A stretch of 32,000 nucleotides of DNA. Source: Candidatus Iainarchaeum sp. GTDB taxonomy: Archaea; Iainarchaeota; Iainarchaeia; Iainarchaeales; JACQJH01. The stretch's first letter is position 1; every line of letters starts with the position of its first letter. A program made the position numbers and the translations under genes. Positions 31,397-32,000 of this stretch are shown one piece after another. Below the pieces are notes generated by a model that ran no database searches, was not told where the DNA came from, and worked only from the letters and a program-made list of their open reading frames with translations. Location: contig JACQJH010000002.1 of NCBI GenBank assembly GCA_016205145.1, positions 600,001 to 632,000 on the forward strand. The letters are read 5' to 3'.

Positions 31397-32000
31397 TTGA
31401 ACAGAGTCAAAACCGGAGTGAAAGGCCTCGATGAAATAATCGAAGGCGGTTTCCCGGAAGGAAGGACCGTGCTTGTCACTGGCGGGTGCGGAACCGGCAA
31501 GACGATAATGGCAATGCAGTTCATTTATTCCGGCGCAAAGGAATTCAATGAAAACGGGGTTTACGTCACCCTTGACGAGCGGCCGGACCTTGTCAGGGAA
31601 GACATGCTCAAGTTCGGCTTTGACCTGAAGGCGCTGGAAAGAGACGGAAAAATCCACCTCATTGACGGCAGTGTGGCGAAAATCGGCCTGCCATCTGACG
31701 AGGAATATTCACTGCCGGTGACGGGGTTCGACCTGGACAAGCTGCTTCTGGAAATAATGCGGTCAATCAAAAAAAACAACGCAAAACGCATTGTCATTGA
31801 TTCGATCCCGGCGCTGGGCCTCAACTTTGAAAACGAGCAGGAAGTCCGGAAGGCAATCATAAAGCTCGGGTACATTCTGCAGCGCGCCGGCGCGACAGTC
31901 ATAATAATATCGGAAATAGAGGATGAGCAGAAGCTGAGCAAGTACGGCGTCGAGGAGTTTGTCGCGGACGGCGTGATAGTGCTGCATTACCTTGGCGTGG
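31397..32000 (+). CDS. KaiC/RadA-like RecA-superfamily ATPase (partial; runs off the window end)
   Basis: An open-ended frame that is absent from the ORF track. (TTG)NRVKTGVKGLDEIIEGGFPEGRTVLVTGGCGTGKTIMAMQFIYSG...GVYVTLDERP...RIVIDSIPAL...EEFVADGVIVL has Walker A/B and the KaiC-like layout. The TTG follows AGGTGGGGGGG. Confidence 0.8.
   Translation, partial: MNRVKTGVKGLDEIIEGGFPEGRTVLVTGGCGTGKTIMAMQFIYSGAKEFNENGVYVTLDERPDLVREDMLKFGFDLKALERDGKIHLIDGSVAKIGLPSDEEYSLPVTGFDLDKLLLEIMRSIKKNNAKRIVIDSIPALGLNFENEQEVRKAIIKLGYILQRAGATVIIISEIEDEQKLSKYGVEEFVADGVIVLHYLGV

Noticed and set aside
31346-32000. Considered whether RSH plus the KaiC-like ATPase (with divergent CorA) form a dedicated signalling module
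   Set aside because: KaiC-like ATPases are abundant and variably placed in archaeal genomes. The gene is truncated by the window end. Nothing in the sequence links the two beyond adjacency, so it is mentioned only under the RSH finding.

Overview
Gene-dense (roughly 90% coding) chromosomal segment of an archaeon, probably a small-genome lineage, at about 50-55% G+C by eye. Archaeal identity rests on the conserved eS19 / PDCD5-like / eL39 / eL31 / aIF6 / LX / prefoldin-alpha / FtsY gene string. It is also supported by Rpp21 plus a YhbY-like protein, SRP54, RadA, RPA, GGGP synthase, archaeal-type TIM and a tRNA-Gly(UCC) with a canonical-position intron. An SRP (7S) RNA gene sits in the 0.4 kb gap at about 25.8-26.07 kb, so the SRP RNA, SRP54 and FtsY are all in one window. 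Interspersed housekeeping or accessory genes are thymidylate kinase (partial), a MIP aquaporin, Fe/Mn SOD, Ogg2-type glycosylase, LemA-HtpX, an A24 prepilin peptidase, RibD, RtcA, an SDR epimerase, an MBL hydrolase, TGT, CorA and a KaiC-like ATPase (partial). The items most worth a second look are listed here. (1) An AT-rich ~1 kb island carries a free-standing double-motif LAGLIDADG homing endonuclease, and it appears to have overwritten the last ~37 codons of sod with island-like sequence. (2) A full-length RelA-like long RSH has an intact synthetase and a degenerate HD hydrolase, which is unusual for an archaeon. (3) A four-CBS protein is fused to a C-terminal HPF/RaiA-like module. (4) Four lineage-specific orphan proteins and one methyltransferase-like protein, all unplaced, are present; two of the orphans seem to share an Arg-rich N-terminus and a C-terminal module. 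(5) TGT and RibD are of bacterial type. (6) There is an H1-like lysine-rich protein, and three ribosomal proteins carry K/E-rich C-terminal tails. No CRISPR array, integrase, transposase or rRNA was seen. All calls come from reading translations and motifs by eye; no database search was possible.
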